This document shows, piece by piece, positions 52,595-64,000 of a stretch of 64,000 bases of DNA (position 1 is the first letter of the stretch; the number at the start of each line of letters is the position of its first letter). Under the pieces are notes generated by a model. The model was not told the DNA's origin. It saw only the letters and a list, made by a program, of their open reading frames with translations, and ran no database searches. This DNA comes from the human T2T-CHM13v2.0 reference genome, Homo sapiens. The position numbers were made by a program, and so were the translations under genes. Where the stretch lies: the NCBI RefSeq assembly GCF_009914755.1, contig NC_060939.1; one strand, given 5' to 3'.

Positions 52595-53994
52595 CAAACT
52601 TTTTATTTTTAATGGACATCAATTGCGTATATTTATGGATTATGATGTGATGTTTTGATTTTTATATTCATAGTGGAAGATTTAATCAAGCTAATTAACA
52701 TATGCATCAGCTTACCAGCTGACCAATATTTTATGGTGAGAATATTAAAAATCTGTTATTTAGCAATTCTAAAATGTTCAGTACGACTTTGGAGCAAATG
52801 AAAGTGCCCGGCCTCAGGAGCCTGAGACTGATCATTTCTGAAGCGTGGGGTCGTCATTTCTGAGAGGGTCATGGCTGCATGCCCGTAAGCAAGGGGGGTG
52901 TTTGGGATGCTTTGTTTGCCCTGTTAATTTTGGATGCCTCTGTGTTCTAAGAACTAAGATAATATTTGTGTGAAAAATGCAGTTGCTTTTACTTTTACTT
53001 TGTTTTACTGTTAATAGCCTTACAGCTTTTCTTTAACTGAGTTTGGATTTAATATATTCTTCTTTTTCTAAGTTGCAAAGCTAGAAACAGATGACAGATT
53101 TTTGATCTTTCATTGTTTCCTATGTATGCGTTCAGTGCTATACGTTTCCCTATATGCTCTGTTTTCCTTTCATCTCACAAATTTTGAGAAATTGTGTTTT
53201 CATTTTCATTTAGGTTGAAAAATTAAAAAATTAAAAAATTGTCTGGTTGTTTTCTTTGACCCATACGTTATATGGAAGTGTGTTGTTTAATCTTTATGCA
53301 TTTTGTGATATTCCAGTTGCTGCAGTTATCCTGCGATTTCTGATTTAATTCCACTGTAGTCTGGGAGCTGACATTGTATGATTTCCATTTTCTTTAAATT
53401 GTTAGAGTATTTTTTTGTCCCAGAATGTGATATATTTTGCTGAATATTCCATACAAGCTTAAGAAGAATGTGTCATCTGCAGTAGTTGAGGGAAGTAGGC
53501 TGTAAGTGTCAGTTATGCCCAGTTGCTTGGTGGTGCTGTTGTGTTCAGGTTTTCCCTCCTGAATTGCTGCCTGCTAGATCTGCCCATACTTGACATATGA
53601 TAACGTTTCCAACTGTAATAGTGAATACATATCTTTTTCCTTGTGGTTCTGTTGCTTTCTGTCTCACATAGTTTACACTCTGTTGTCAGGCTCATAGGCT
53701 TTAAGAATTATGACATCTTACTGGAAGAGTGGCTCTTCATCTCTATGTAATGCCTTTCTTTATTCTTGATAACTTTACTAACGAAAGAAGGGAATTAGAA
53801 TTGTTTTGTTGTTATAAGATACAGTACCTGTGAAGCAGTGTAGTTGTATTTGAAAAGCAGCTTGGGTTAGTTTTATTTTTTTATTTTGATTATTTTGATA
53901 TCTTTTAATATAATTTTGGTTTTTTAAAAAAATTATCTTTGGGGATACATATGCAGGTTCATTACTTAGGTAAACCCGTGTCACAGGGTTTGTT

Positions 53995-54433
53995 TGTTAC
54001 TGAAACACCAGGGGTTTGGTCTAGGTCCTGCTGCTGGCTGCACAGAAAGCCAATTACTGAGAGGACAAAGTATTGCCAAGGAAGAAGGCCTTAATTGGGT
54101 GCTGCAGTCAAGGGGATGGGAGCTCAGTCTGCAATCTATCTCCCTGACTGACTAAAACCAGGGGTTTATGTAGCAGGGAAGAAATGTAACACTGTGTAAG
54201 AAAACACTAACTAGGGAGGGTGCAAGGAAGTAATCATGAAGAAAGAAGGGTCTGTGAAGTCTGGGGTCATTGTCTGCTTTCAGTTCTTTGATCCTTTTTG
54301 TGAGAGGCCTGAAGTTTGTTTCCTGGGGAGGGAACTCAGATAAAACAAATACAAGTTTCAAGGTTTAACAGCAGAAGGGTCAATTTCCATGTTTATCCAA
54401 AAATAACTGTCTATGGGACTGAGGCCAATTTTA
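53995..54433 (-). mobile_element. MER66-like ERV1 solo LTR
   Basis: Reverse strand GTCCCATAGACAGTTATTTTTGGATAAACATGGAAATTGACCCTTCTG; splits the L1 3' UTR. Confidence 0.75.
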
Positions 54434-55016
54434 GTTGTACAGATTATTTGATCACGCAGGTGCTAAGCCTAGTACCCAATAGTTATTTTTTTCTGCTCCT
54501 CTCCCGCCTCCCACCTTCCACCCTGAGGTAGGCCCCAATGTCTGTTGTTACCTTCTTTGTGTTCATGATTTCTCATCATTTAGTTCACAGTTTTAAGTAA
54601 GAACATAGCAGTAGTTCTCTATTCCTGTATTAGTTTGCTAATAGCCTCAGGCTCCATCCATGTTCCTGGAAGAGTGGAAGAGACATGATCTCCTTTTTTA
54701 TGGCTACATAGTATTCCATGGTGTATATGTACCACATTTTCTTTTTTCTGTCATTGATGGGCATTTAGGTTTATTCCATGTCTTTACTATTGTGAATAGT
54801 ACTGCAGTGAACATTCACATGCATGTAGAATGGTTTATATTTTTCTGAGTATATACCTAGTAATGGGATTGCCAGGTTGAATGGTTGTTCTGATTTTAAC
54901 TCTGAGGAGTCCCCGTACTGCTTTCCACACTGGTTGAACTAATTTATATTCCCACCAACAGTGTATAAGTTATCCCTTTCTCCTGCAACCTCATCAGCAT
55001 CTTTCATTTTTGGACT

Positions 55017-55330
55017 TTTTAATAAAAAGCCATTCTGACTGGTATAACATAGTATCTAATTGTGGTTTTGATTTGCATTTCTCTAATCATCTGTGATACT
55101 GAGCTTTTGTAAATATGTTTTTTGACTTTTTAATAAAAGCCATTCTGACTTGTGTGAGATAGTATCTCATTGTAGGTTTGATTTGCATTTCTCTAATTAG
55201 TGATATTGAGCTTTTTTTATATGCTTTTTAATTTTTTCATAAAAGCCATTCTGACTGGTGTGAGATAGTATCTCATTGTGGTTTTGATGTGCATTTCTGT
55301 ATCAGTGATGCTGAACTTTTTTGTCATATG
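55017..55330. repeat. ~110-bp tandem triplication inside L1PA
   Basis: aaaagccattctgact...tagtatct.attgt..ttttgat.tgcatttct occurs three times. Confidence 0.85.
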
Positions 55331-56084
55331 CTTGTTGGCCGCATGTATGTCTTCTTTTGAGAAGTTGTCCATGTCCTTTGCCCACTTTTTAATGGGGTTA
55401 TTTGTTTGTTTTTCTCTTGTAAATTTGTTTAAGTTCCTTATAGATGCTGAATATTAGAGCTTTGTCAGATGCATAGTTTGCAGATATTTTCTATTTTCTC
55501 CCATTCTGTGGGTTGTCTGTTTACTTGTTGATAGTTTCTTTTGTTGTATAGCTCTTAAGTTGATTTGGATCCCTTTTGTGAGTATTTCCTTCAGTTGCAA
55601 TTGCTTTTGGCGTTTTTTTCAGGAAATGTTTTCCCATTCCTATGTCCAGAATGGTATTGCCTAGGTTGTCTTACAGGGCTTTTATAGCTTTGGGTTTTAC
55701 ATTTAAGTCTTTAATCCATCTTGGGTTGATTTTTGTATATGGTATAAGGATGGGGTCCAGTTTCAATCTTCTGCATATGGCTAACTAGTACTCCCAGCAC
55801 CATTTATTGAATAGGGAGTCTTTTCCCATTGCTTGTTTTTGTCTGCTTTGTCAAAGATCAGATAGCCATAGGTGTGTGGACTTATTTCTGGGCTATCTAG
55901 TCTGTTCACTTGGTCTGTGCTCACCTTTGTACCAGTACAATGCTCTCTTTTTTTACTGTAGCCCTGTAGTATAGTTTGAAGTCGGGCAATGTGATACTTC
56001 CGGCTTTGTTCATTTTGCTTAGGATTGCATTGTCTGTCTGGGCTCTTTTGTGATTTCATATGAATTTCAAAATAGTTTCTTCTA

Positions 56085-56380
56085 GGCCGGGCCTTGCGGT
56101 GGCTCATGCCTGTAATCCCAGCACTTTGGGAGGCCGATGTGGGCAGATCACGAGGTCAGGAGATCGAGACCATCCTGGCTAACATGCTGATACCCCATCT
56201 CTACTAAAAATACAAAAAATTAGCCAGGTGTGGTGGCACATGCCTGTAGTCCCAGATACTCGGGAGGCTGAGGCAGGAGAATGGTGTGAATCCAGGAGGC
56301 GGATCTTGCTGTGAGCCAAGATCGCACCACTGCACTTCAGCCTGGGTGACAGAGTGAGACTGCCTCAAAAAAAAAAAAAA
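56085..56380 (+). mobile_element. AluY
   Basis: Full dimer, TSD aaaatagttt(c/t)ttcta. Confidence 0.95.
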
Positions 56381-57196
56381 TAGTTTTTTCTACTTCTTAA
56401 AGAATGTCATTTGTAGTTTGATAGGAATAGCATTGAATCTGTAAATGTCTTTGGGCAGTATGAGTCAGTGTTAAATATAATATTACCAACTGTAGGACAG
56501 TCTATTGCATAAAAATCCCATTACTTTTCTGGCTATTGGCCATTGGCTGAATAAAGTGCCTTGCCAAGGGGACTTCTCTCACATGGCTTCATAAAATCCA
56601 TCAAGCAAGAGATATTTCTAGCAAAACCAATATCATAATTGTATATAAGAATCCAAGTCACATTTATCCACCTTTGCACTATTCTGTTGTTTCAAGGCAA
56701 GTCACAATTCCTGCTTACACTAACCGGGATGGGATTAGAATAGAAAGTTATGCATTGGAGAAGATGGGGCTAATTGGGCACCACCTTAGAATCTACTTGA
56801 CACATCAGATATTCTCCTATATGAAACAGTGTCTTGGTCTTCACTTGTTTTTAAAGTGACCCTTTTGAAAAGTACCAGTCAGGTATTTTATAGCATGTCC
56901 TACCTACAATATGGTTTTGTGTGATTTCTCATGATGACAATGTAAGTATGGATGGAATTAAATACAGTCACCTAAGTTTGAAGACAAAAAAGACCTAAAC
57001 AATATAGTATTCAGATTTAAAAACTCAGAGGAGAATAATTTTTAAAATAGGAAATGACAACGAATTCACAATATAGTTTTAATTCAGTGGTTAAGGAAAA
57101 CTATGAAATTAAGTAGATGGCACGAAGGAGGTATCAGCAATATTGCTAATGATTATTTTCTTAAGCTTGGGAGTGACATTTAAGAAAACACTTTTT

Positions 57197-57471
57197 CACT
57201 TTGGGGGGTCGAGGCAGGTGGATCACGAGGTCAGGAGATCGAGACATCCTGGCTAACACAGTGAAACCCTGTCTCTACTAAAAATACAAAAAAATTAGCC
57301 GGGCATGGTGGTGGGTGCCTGTAGTCCCAGCTACTTGGGAGGCTGAGGCAGGAGAATGGCATGAACCCAGGAGGCGGAGCTTGCAGTGAGCCGAGATTGG
57401 CCACTGCACTCTAGGCTCGGTGAGAGAGCGAGACTCTGTCTCACAAAAACAAAACAAAACAAAACAAAAAA
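57197..57471 (+). mobile_element. AluY, 5'-truncated
   Basis: Starts at cactttggg; Y diagnostics. Confidence 0.9.
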
Positions 57472-57486
57472 CTCTTTTTAAAGAAT

Positions 57487-57488
<2 letters not shown>

Positions 57489-57518
<30 letters not shown>

Positions 57519-57804
57519 GAGATGGAGTCTTGTCCTGTCGCCCAGGCTGTGTGCAGAGTGGCGCGAGCTCAGCTAACTGCAACCTCTGCCTCCTGGGTTC
57601 AAGCGCTTCTCCTGCCTCAGCTTCCCAAGTAGCTGGGATTACAGGTATGCACCACCATGCCCAGCTAATTTTATTTGTATTTTTAGTAGAGACGGGGTTT
57701 TTCCATGTTGGTCAGGCTGGTCTCTAACTCCCGACCTCAGGTGATCCACCCGCCTCGGCCTCCCAAAATGCTGGGATTACAGGCGTGAGCCATCGCGCCG
57801 GGCC
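57489..57804 (-). mobile_element. AluS
   Basis: Full dimer. Confidence 0.95.
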
Positions 57805-58548
57805 GTTTCTTTTTTTTAAAAAAGAATACTTTTACATTTACAGAATAGTTGCAAATATATTAAAGAGTTTCCAACATACCCCACACACAGTGTCCCTTAT
57901 TATTTACCTTGTACATTAGTGTGGGACATTTGTCAAATTAACCAGCCAATATCATGGATTATCATTAAGTACCATCTACACTTTATTCAGATTTCTTAGT
58001 TGTCACTTAATGTTATGTTTACGTTTTAGGATCTCATCCAGGATACCTCATGACATTTAGGTATCATGTATTTTTAGGCTCTTCTGAATGTGATAATATC
58101 TCAGAGTTTTATTGTTTTTGATGGGATTGACATTTCTAATTTGTGGTTTCCCTGATGTTTCTCTCATGATGAGACTGGATTTGTGGGTTTAGGGGAGGAA
58201 GATCACAGAGGAAATGTGCCATTCTCATCACATAATATCCCGGGCACAGGGTATCAACTGGCTTTAATCACTGTTGATGTTAATTTGATAACCTGGATGA
58301 GGTAGTTACTAACAAGTCTCTTTTGTAAAATTACTCCTTTCCCCCCTTTTCATGTTGTATGCATGAAAAAAAGTCACTATATACAACACACACTTAAAAG
58401 TGGGGGAATCATGCACCACTGCTTTTTAAAAAAAATTGTAGCTTTAGGATTATAAGTGGTTTTGGGTTGCATGAATGAATTGTATAGTAGTGAAGTCTGG
58501 GGTTTTTAGTGTACCTGTGACCTGAATAGTGTATATTTTACCTCATAG

Positions 58549-59095
58549 TGAGAGGTGAAGCCAGCTGGACTTCCTGGGTCAAGTGGGGACTTGGGGAACT
58601 TTTCTTACAAGAGGATTGTAAAATGCACCAATCAGGAACTTTTGTGTCTTGCAAGAGGTTTGTAAAACGCACCAATCACCGCTCTGTAAAATGCACCAAT
58701 CAGTGCTCTGTAAAACGCACCAATCAGCAGGATTCTAAAAGTAGCCAATAGTGGGGAGGATTGAAAAAAGGGCACTCTGATAGGATAGAAACGGAACATG
58801 GGAGGGGACAATACGGGAATAAACAATGGCCTCCTCCCAGCAGCTGCAAGCTGGTCCGGTCCTTTTCGAGGGTGTGGAAGCTTTGTGTTTTTGCTCTTCA
58901 CTGTTAACCTTGCTACCTCTTGTTGTTTGGGTCCGTGCCATCTTTAAGAGCTGTAACACTCACTGGGAAGGTCCGCTGCTGAGTCGGTGCCATCTTTAAG
59001 AGCTATAACACTCACTGCGAAGGTCGACTGCTGAGGGTTCCCGGCTGAAGTCAGCGGGACCACGAACCCACAGGCAGGAACCAACTCCGGACACA
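58549..59095 (+). mobile_element. LTR12-family (ERV9) solo LTR
   Basis: tgagaggtgaagccagctggacttcctggg...caccaatca repeats...aactccggacaca; 4-bp TSD atag/atgg. Confidence 0.9.
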
Positions 59096-59464
59096 ATGGG
59101 TGATTTTTCATTTCTCACTCCCCGCTAACCCTTCTCCTTTCTGAGTCTAATGTCCATGATCCCACTTTGATTTTGTTCGTATATTTGGTTGTATTATTGA
59201 TTCACTTTTTCTTTCTTGGTGGCACTACAAGTTGCTCCAGGTTAACTGTGTTGATTTTCTTCTCAAGCATAGTATTAAACATGTTTATCCATATTATGAA
59301 AAACATAGTATTAAACATGTTTATTCATAACTTATCTCCCATTTATAAGTGATAATCTGCAGTGTTTTTCTGTTCCTGAGTTACTTCCCTTAGGATAATG
59401 GCCTCCAGTTCCATCCAAATTGCTGCAAAAGACTTTATTTTGTTCTTTTACATGGCTGAGTAGT

Positions 59465-59600
59465 ATTTTGTGGTATAGTGATATATATATTTTGTGATAT
59501 ATATTGATATATATTTTGTGATATTTATTTTGTGATACATGTATTTTGTGATATTTTGTGATATTTTGTGATATATGTATTTTGTGATACATATATACCA
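59465..59600. repeat. Degenerate AT-rich minisatellite (tattttgtgata)n
   Basis: Motif repeated about 7 times within L1PB. Confidence 0.8.
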
Positions 59601-60251
59601 CATTTACTTTATCTGCTTGTTGATGGGCACTTAGATTCATTTAATATTTTTGCAGTTGTGAAATCTATTGTGATTAACCTAGAAGTGTAGATGTCTTTTT
59701 GATATATTGACTTCTTTTCATTCGAGTGTATACCCAGTAATGGGATTTCTGGATTGGATATTAGATCTGCTTTTAGTTCATTGAGAAATCTTCATACGGT
59801 TTACCATACAGGTTGTACTAATTTACATTCCCACCAAGGGTGTATAAGCGCATTCTCTTTTCACCTTATCTGCACCAATAGCTATTATTTATTGACTGTT
59901 GAATAATGGCCATTCTGACTAGGGTAAGGTGATATCTTATGATTTTAATTTGCATTTCCTGATACTGACATTGAGCATTTTTTCGTATGTTTTTGATCAC
60001 TTACAAGTCATCTTTTGAAAGATACCTGTTCACTTGCCCACTTTTTAATGGGATTATTCATTTTTTTGCTGATTTTTTTAACTTGCCAAAATAAGGTTTT
60101 TAGTTGACAAATAAGTTTAAAGTTTATAAATAAGGTGATAAATAAGGTTTTTAGTTTATATACTTTTATGTTTACCTTTTGTATACTTTTATGTTTATCC
60201 TTTGTGTTATAAAATTATATAGGATTTATTCATTTACTTAAATATGCATAG

Positions 60252-60847
<596 letters not shown>

Positions 60848-61117
60848 CCAGAGCCCATTTTTAATCATCTAGCTATTCTTTAATGAAGAGAGAGAAGAAA
60901 TAAAATCCGTACGTCTTGAATCTAACCACTATTCCCAGTTTAACCTTGAAGAAATTTAGGTGTATTTATAACATTAAAACATTGTTATTCACACTTATGT
61001 CTCTAATATTCTTGTGAATCTTGGGTGATATTGGGCAGTGCCCTCAGTATCACTCCTGGTATTGTTTTTTGGTGGTGATTCATTCTTAGGGAATTAAACT
61101 CAATGTCATGCCGCCTC

Positions 61118-61415
<298 letters not shown>

Positions 61416-61820
61416 ACCGCTTCCTTTTCTTTCTTGATTTCTGGAGCAAAGAATTCCCCAAAGTTGTATTCCATCTTCAACAGTCCGTGATGGGAAGAAC
61501 CTGTACAAACATCCCTGCCTCCTCCTGCACAAGCTCAGATGACACAGTGGGTATGGCCTTTACTCTATAAACCACTCCCACCAAGGACTGGGCAGCAGCT
61601 TGTTATCCCTGATAATCTTCTTGATTCAGAATCTACTCTGTCTGACAATGTTGTTACATCAGCTATTTTTATAATTTTATATTTTATAATTAGTGTTGGC
61701 AGGATATATTTTATTGCATTCATTACTTTAGTTTCAAGTAATCATTTAAAATGGATTTTTTATGAATAACATACAGTTGTGCCTTCCTTTTTCATCCACT
61801 CTGACAGTTTTATCTTTTAA

Positions 61821-61897
61821 CTAATTTCCTGTTTAGAAAAAAAAAAAAGTGTAGCTTTGCTGCCAGTGCTCATTTCTTGGGGCAAACAGGTAATGGG
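61821..61897. mobile_element. MER75A-like piggyBac MITE
   Basis: 77 bp, flanked by TTAA at 61817-61820 and 61898-61901; degenerate TIRs atttcctgttt / aaacaggtaat. Confidence 0.8.
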
Positions 61898-64000
61898 TTA
61901 ATTTGTAAGGTTAGACCCTTGGCATTCAGCATGAATTTTGATATAGTTGGATTAATATTTTTTATATTTGCTAATATCTTCTAGTTGTGGCCCTTTATTA
62001 CTTTTGTTATCTGCTTGTTTTCTGCCTTTTGTGGTTTTAATTGGGCATTTTATATTATTTCGTTCTCCTAAATAGCATATCAGTCATACTTTTAAAATTT
62101 GTTTTTTAGTGTTTAGAGTAAAAACTTTTATTTTTTCATATGCTTAATTGCTACTTAATAAATTGTTAAATACAATAATAGCAACATCATATGATTAGGT
62201 ATTCTTATGTGTATGTCACACTTATATACCTGTACATGAATATACATACAAGTATGCTTTATTCAATTGATATTAATGACAAGAATGATACAAAGGATGG
62301 GATACAATAATTATTATTATTCTGTTATAAGGTGTTTACACTACCTTTTAAGTGATATACTGCTATTTGAAAGGGGACTTGGGATAGTCATGAATGTAAG
62401 TTGCAAACTTTAGGGCAGGCTGTTTGACCAGGAGCCTCAGTTCCTTGCTGGCTGTTGACCAGAGGCTGCATTTAGTTCCTTCCCATGTTGGCTTCTCTCA
62501 CAGGGAGATTATTTCATATTGGTCATCAAGGGCGAGAGCTTGTATGCAAGACAGAAATCACAATTGTAAGTACCAAAACTGCATTACTGAATTGTTAGCA
62601 AGCAAGTCACAACTCCTGTTTACACTCATAAGGAGAAAAGTAGAATACCAGATTGTGTATCCCTGGAGGTGGGAATTACCATCTTAGGGCCTATCTACCA
62701 CATCAGGTCTTGCCCAATCTAAAGTAGTTTCTCAGTCTTCACTTATTTTGCTGACCTTGGTCCTTGTGGGGAAAAAAAAAAGAACCAGTCAGGTATTTTG
62801 TACAATGTACCATGATATGGATTTGTCCAAGTAGTTTCTCATAATTTGACTGGAGTTATGGATTAATTTAGGCACTACATTTCTCTAAGTTGGAAAAATG
62901 AAAAAACTGAATAGTATATTAGCAAAGCCAACTTACATAGAAAAATTAAAAAAAAATGACAGAGACAAATAATAGTAACCTTCACCAGTTTAAGGAAGAA
63001 AATAGAATTTGAGAAATGCACTCAGGAACATTAACAATATTGATAGTATTCTCTTTTATTAAGCTCAGGAGTTAATTGGGGAAAAAAGAGAAACGGTTCT
63101 ATTTTAGAATACTTTTGGATTTATGGAACAGTTGGAAATCAGTACAGAGAGTTTATTGATATCCAACACAATTTTCTTTATTTTTAATCTCTTAGTGTGG
63201 GATATTTGTCACAGTTAACAAAGGGAACGTTACACAGTTAACAAAATGAACGTTACACATTCATTAACACACATTATTTGTATATCGTTAGCTTTCACTT
63301 AATGTCCATTTATTATTCCAGGATCCCACTTAGGATCTATATAACGTTTATATATCATGTCTAATTAGGCTGGTTTTACCTGGGCCAGTTTCTCAGACTT
63401 TCCCTGTTTTTGATGACATTAACATCCCTCATGGGGAATTTTTCTGATGTTAATCATGGTTAGACTCGACTGGTGGGTTTTGGAGAGGAAGACCACAGAG
63501 GGAAAGTGCCATTCTCATTACTTTATACCAAGTGAATATATGACAATATGCCTTATTGCTGTTGATGTTAACTTGATCATCTGGATAAAACTTAAATATT
63601 TCTTCTTCCGATGTTGCACTTTTTAAAAAGAAGTTGCTATGCACAACACATACTAAAGAAGTAGAAAAACATGCTCCACTTCCTCATAAGCAGATCTTCT
63701 TCTAAATCATTTGTATTTCTTCACCAAAGATAATTTATCTATTCTTCTTAATTTATTATCTATTTGTTCAATCATTTGTTTATATCGTATAAATTATAAT
63801 ATGAAGTCATAATATTAGTTTTACATTTTATTGTACTAATATATTATTAAAAATTGTTCTAGTGTTGGCCATTGGAAGGTCTGTATATACTCCTTTATGG
63901 TTTTGATATATTAGCATCATCACACTTTGATTTTGTTCGTATATTTGGTTGTATTATTGTTTCACTTTTTCTTTCTTGGTGGCACTACGAGTTGCTCCAG

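Larger units (their letters stand above)
53870..56465 (-). mobile_element. 5'-truncated L1PA (older subfamily), interrupted by MER66 and AluY
   Basis: L1P 3' UTR and ORF2 end; ORF 55781..56107 contains [22 protein letters not shown]. Confidence 0.9.
58425..60090 (-). mobile_element. L1PB-like 3' fragment, interrupted by LTR12 and a templated insertion
   Basis: taagtggttttgggttgcatgaatgaattgtatagtagtgaagtctg; gataatggcctccagttccatcc. Confidence 0.85.

Noticed and set aside
55781-56107. L1 ORF2-like ORFs here and at 765, 12277, 20540 and 20932
   Set aside because: Fragments of dead L1 copies, not genes

Overview
Primate (very likely human or great-ape) non-coding genomic DNA. I find no supportable protein-coding gene, tRNA, rRNA or CRISPR array; the listed ORFs are Alu/L1/LTR-derived or chance ORFs. 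The window is dense in repeats: about 40 Alus, old L1M fragments, two L1P insertions, several solo LTRs (MST/THE1, MER54, MER66, LTR12, LTR27/28-like), Tigger-like remnants and a MER75A piggyBac MITE. Under these repeats the window is an ancient, roughly 70-80% identical (by eye) head-to-tail array of related 9-19 kb units: about 2330-21180, 21180-38125, 38125-51290, 51300-60300 and 60860-end. The units share old repeats and apparently non-repeat modules but not their Alus or THE1/MST/LTR12/MER66 elements. Two of the duplicated modules are CpG-rich and promoter-like in only one copy each (about 8760-8950 with an NRF1-like motif; about 51320-51820 with ETS/GC boxes and a G-rich expansion). There are also at least three short insertions copied from 2-5 kb away in the same locus, plus micro-inversions typical of template switching. 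Repeat family names and all alignments are from visual recognition, not from a search; old-repeat boundaries are approximate.
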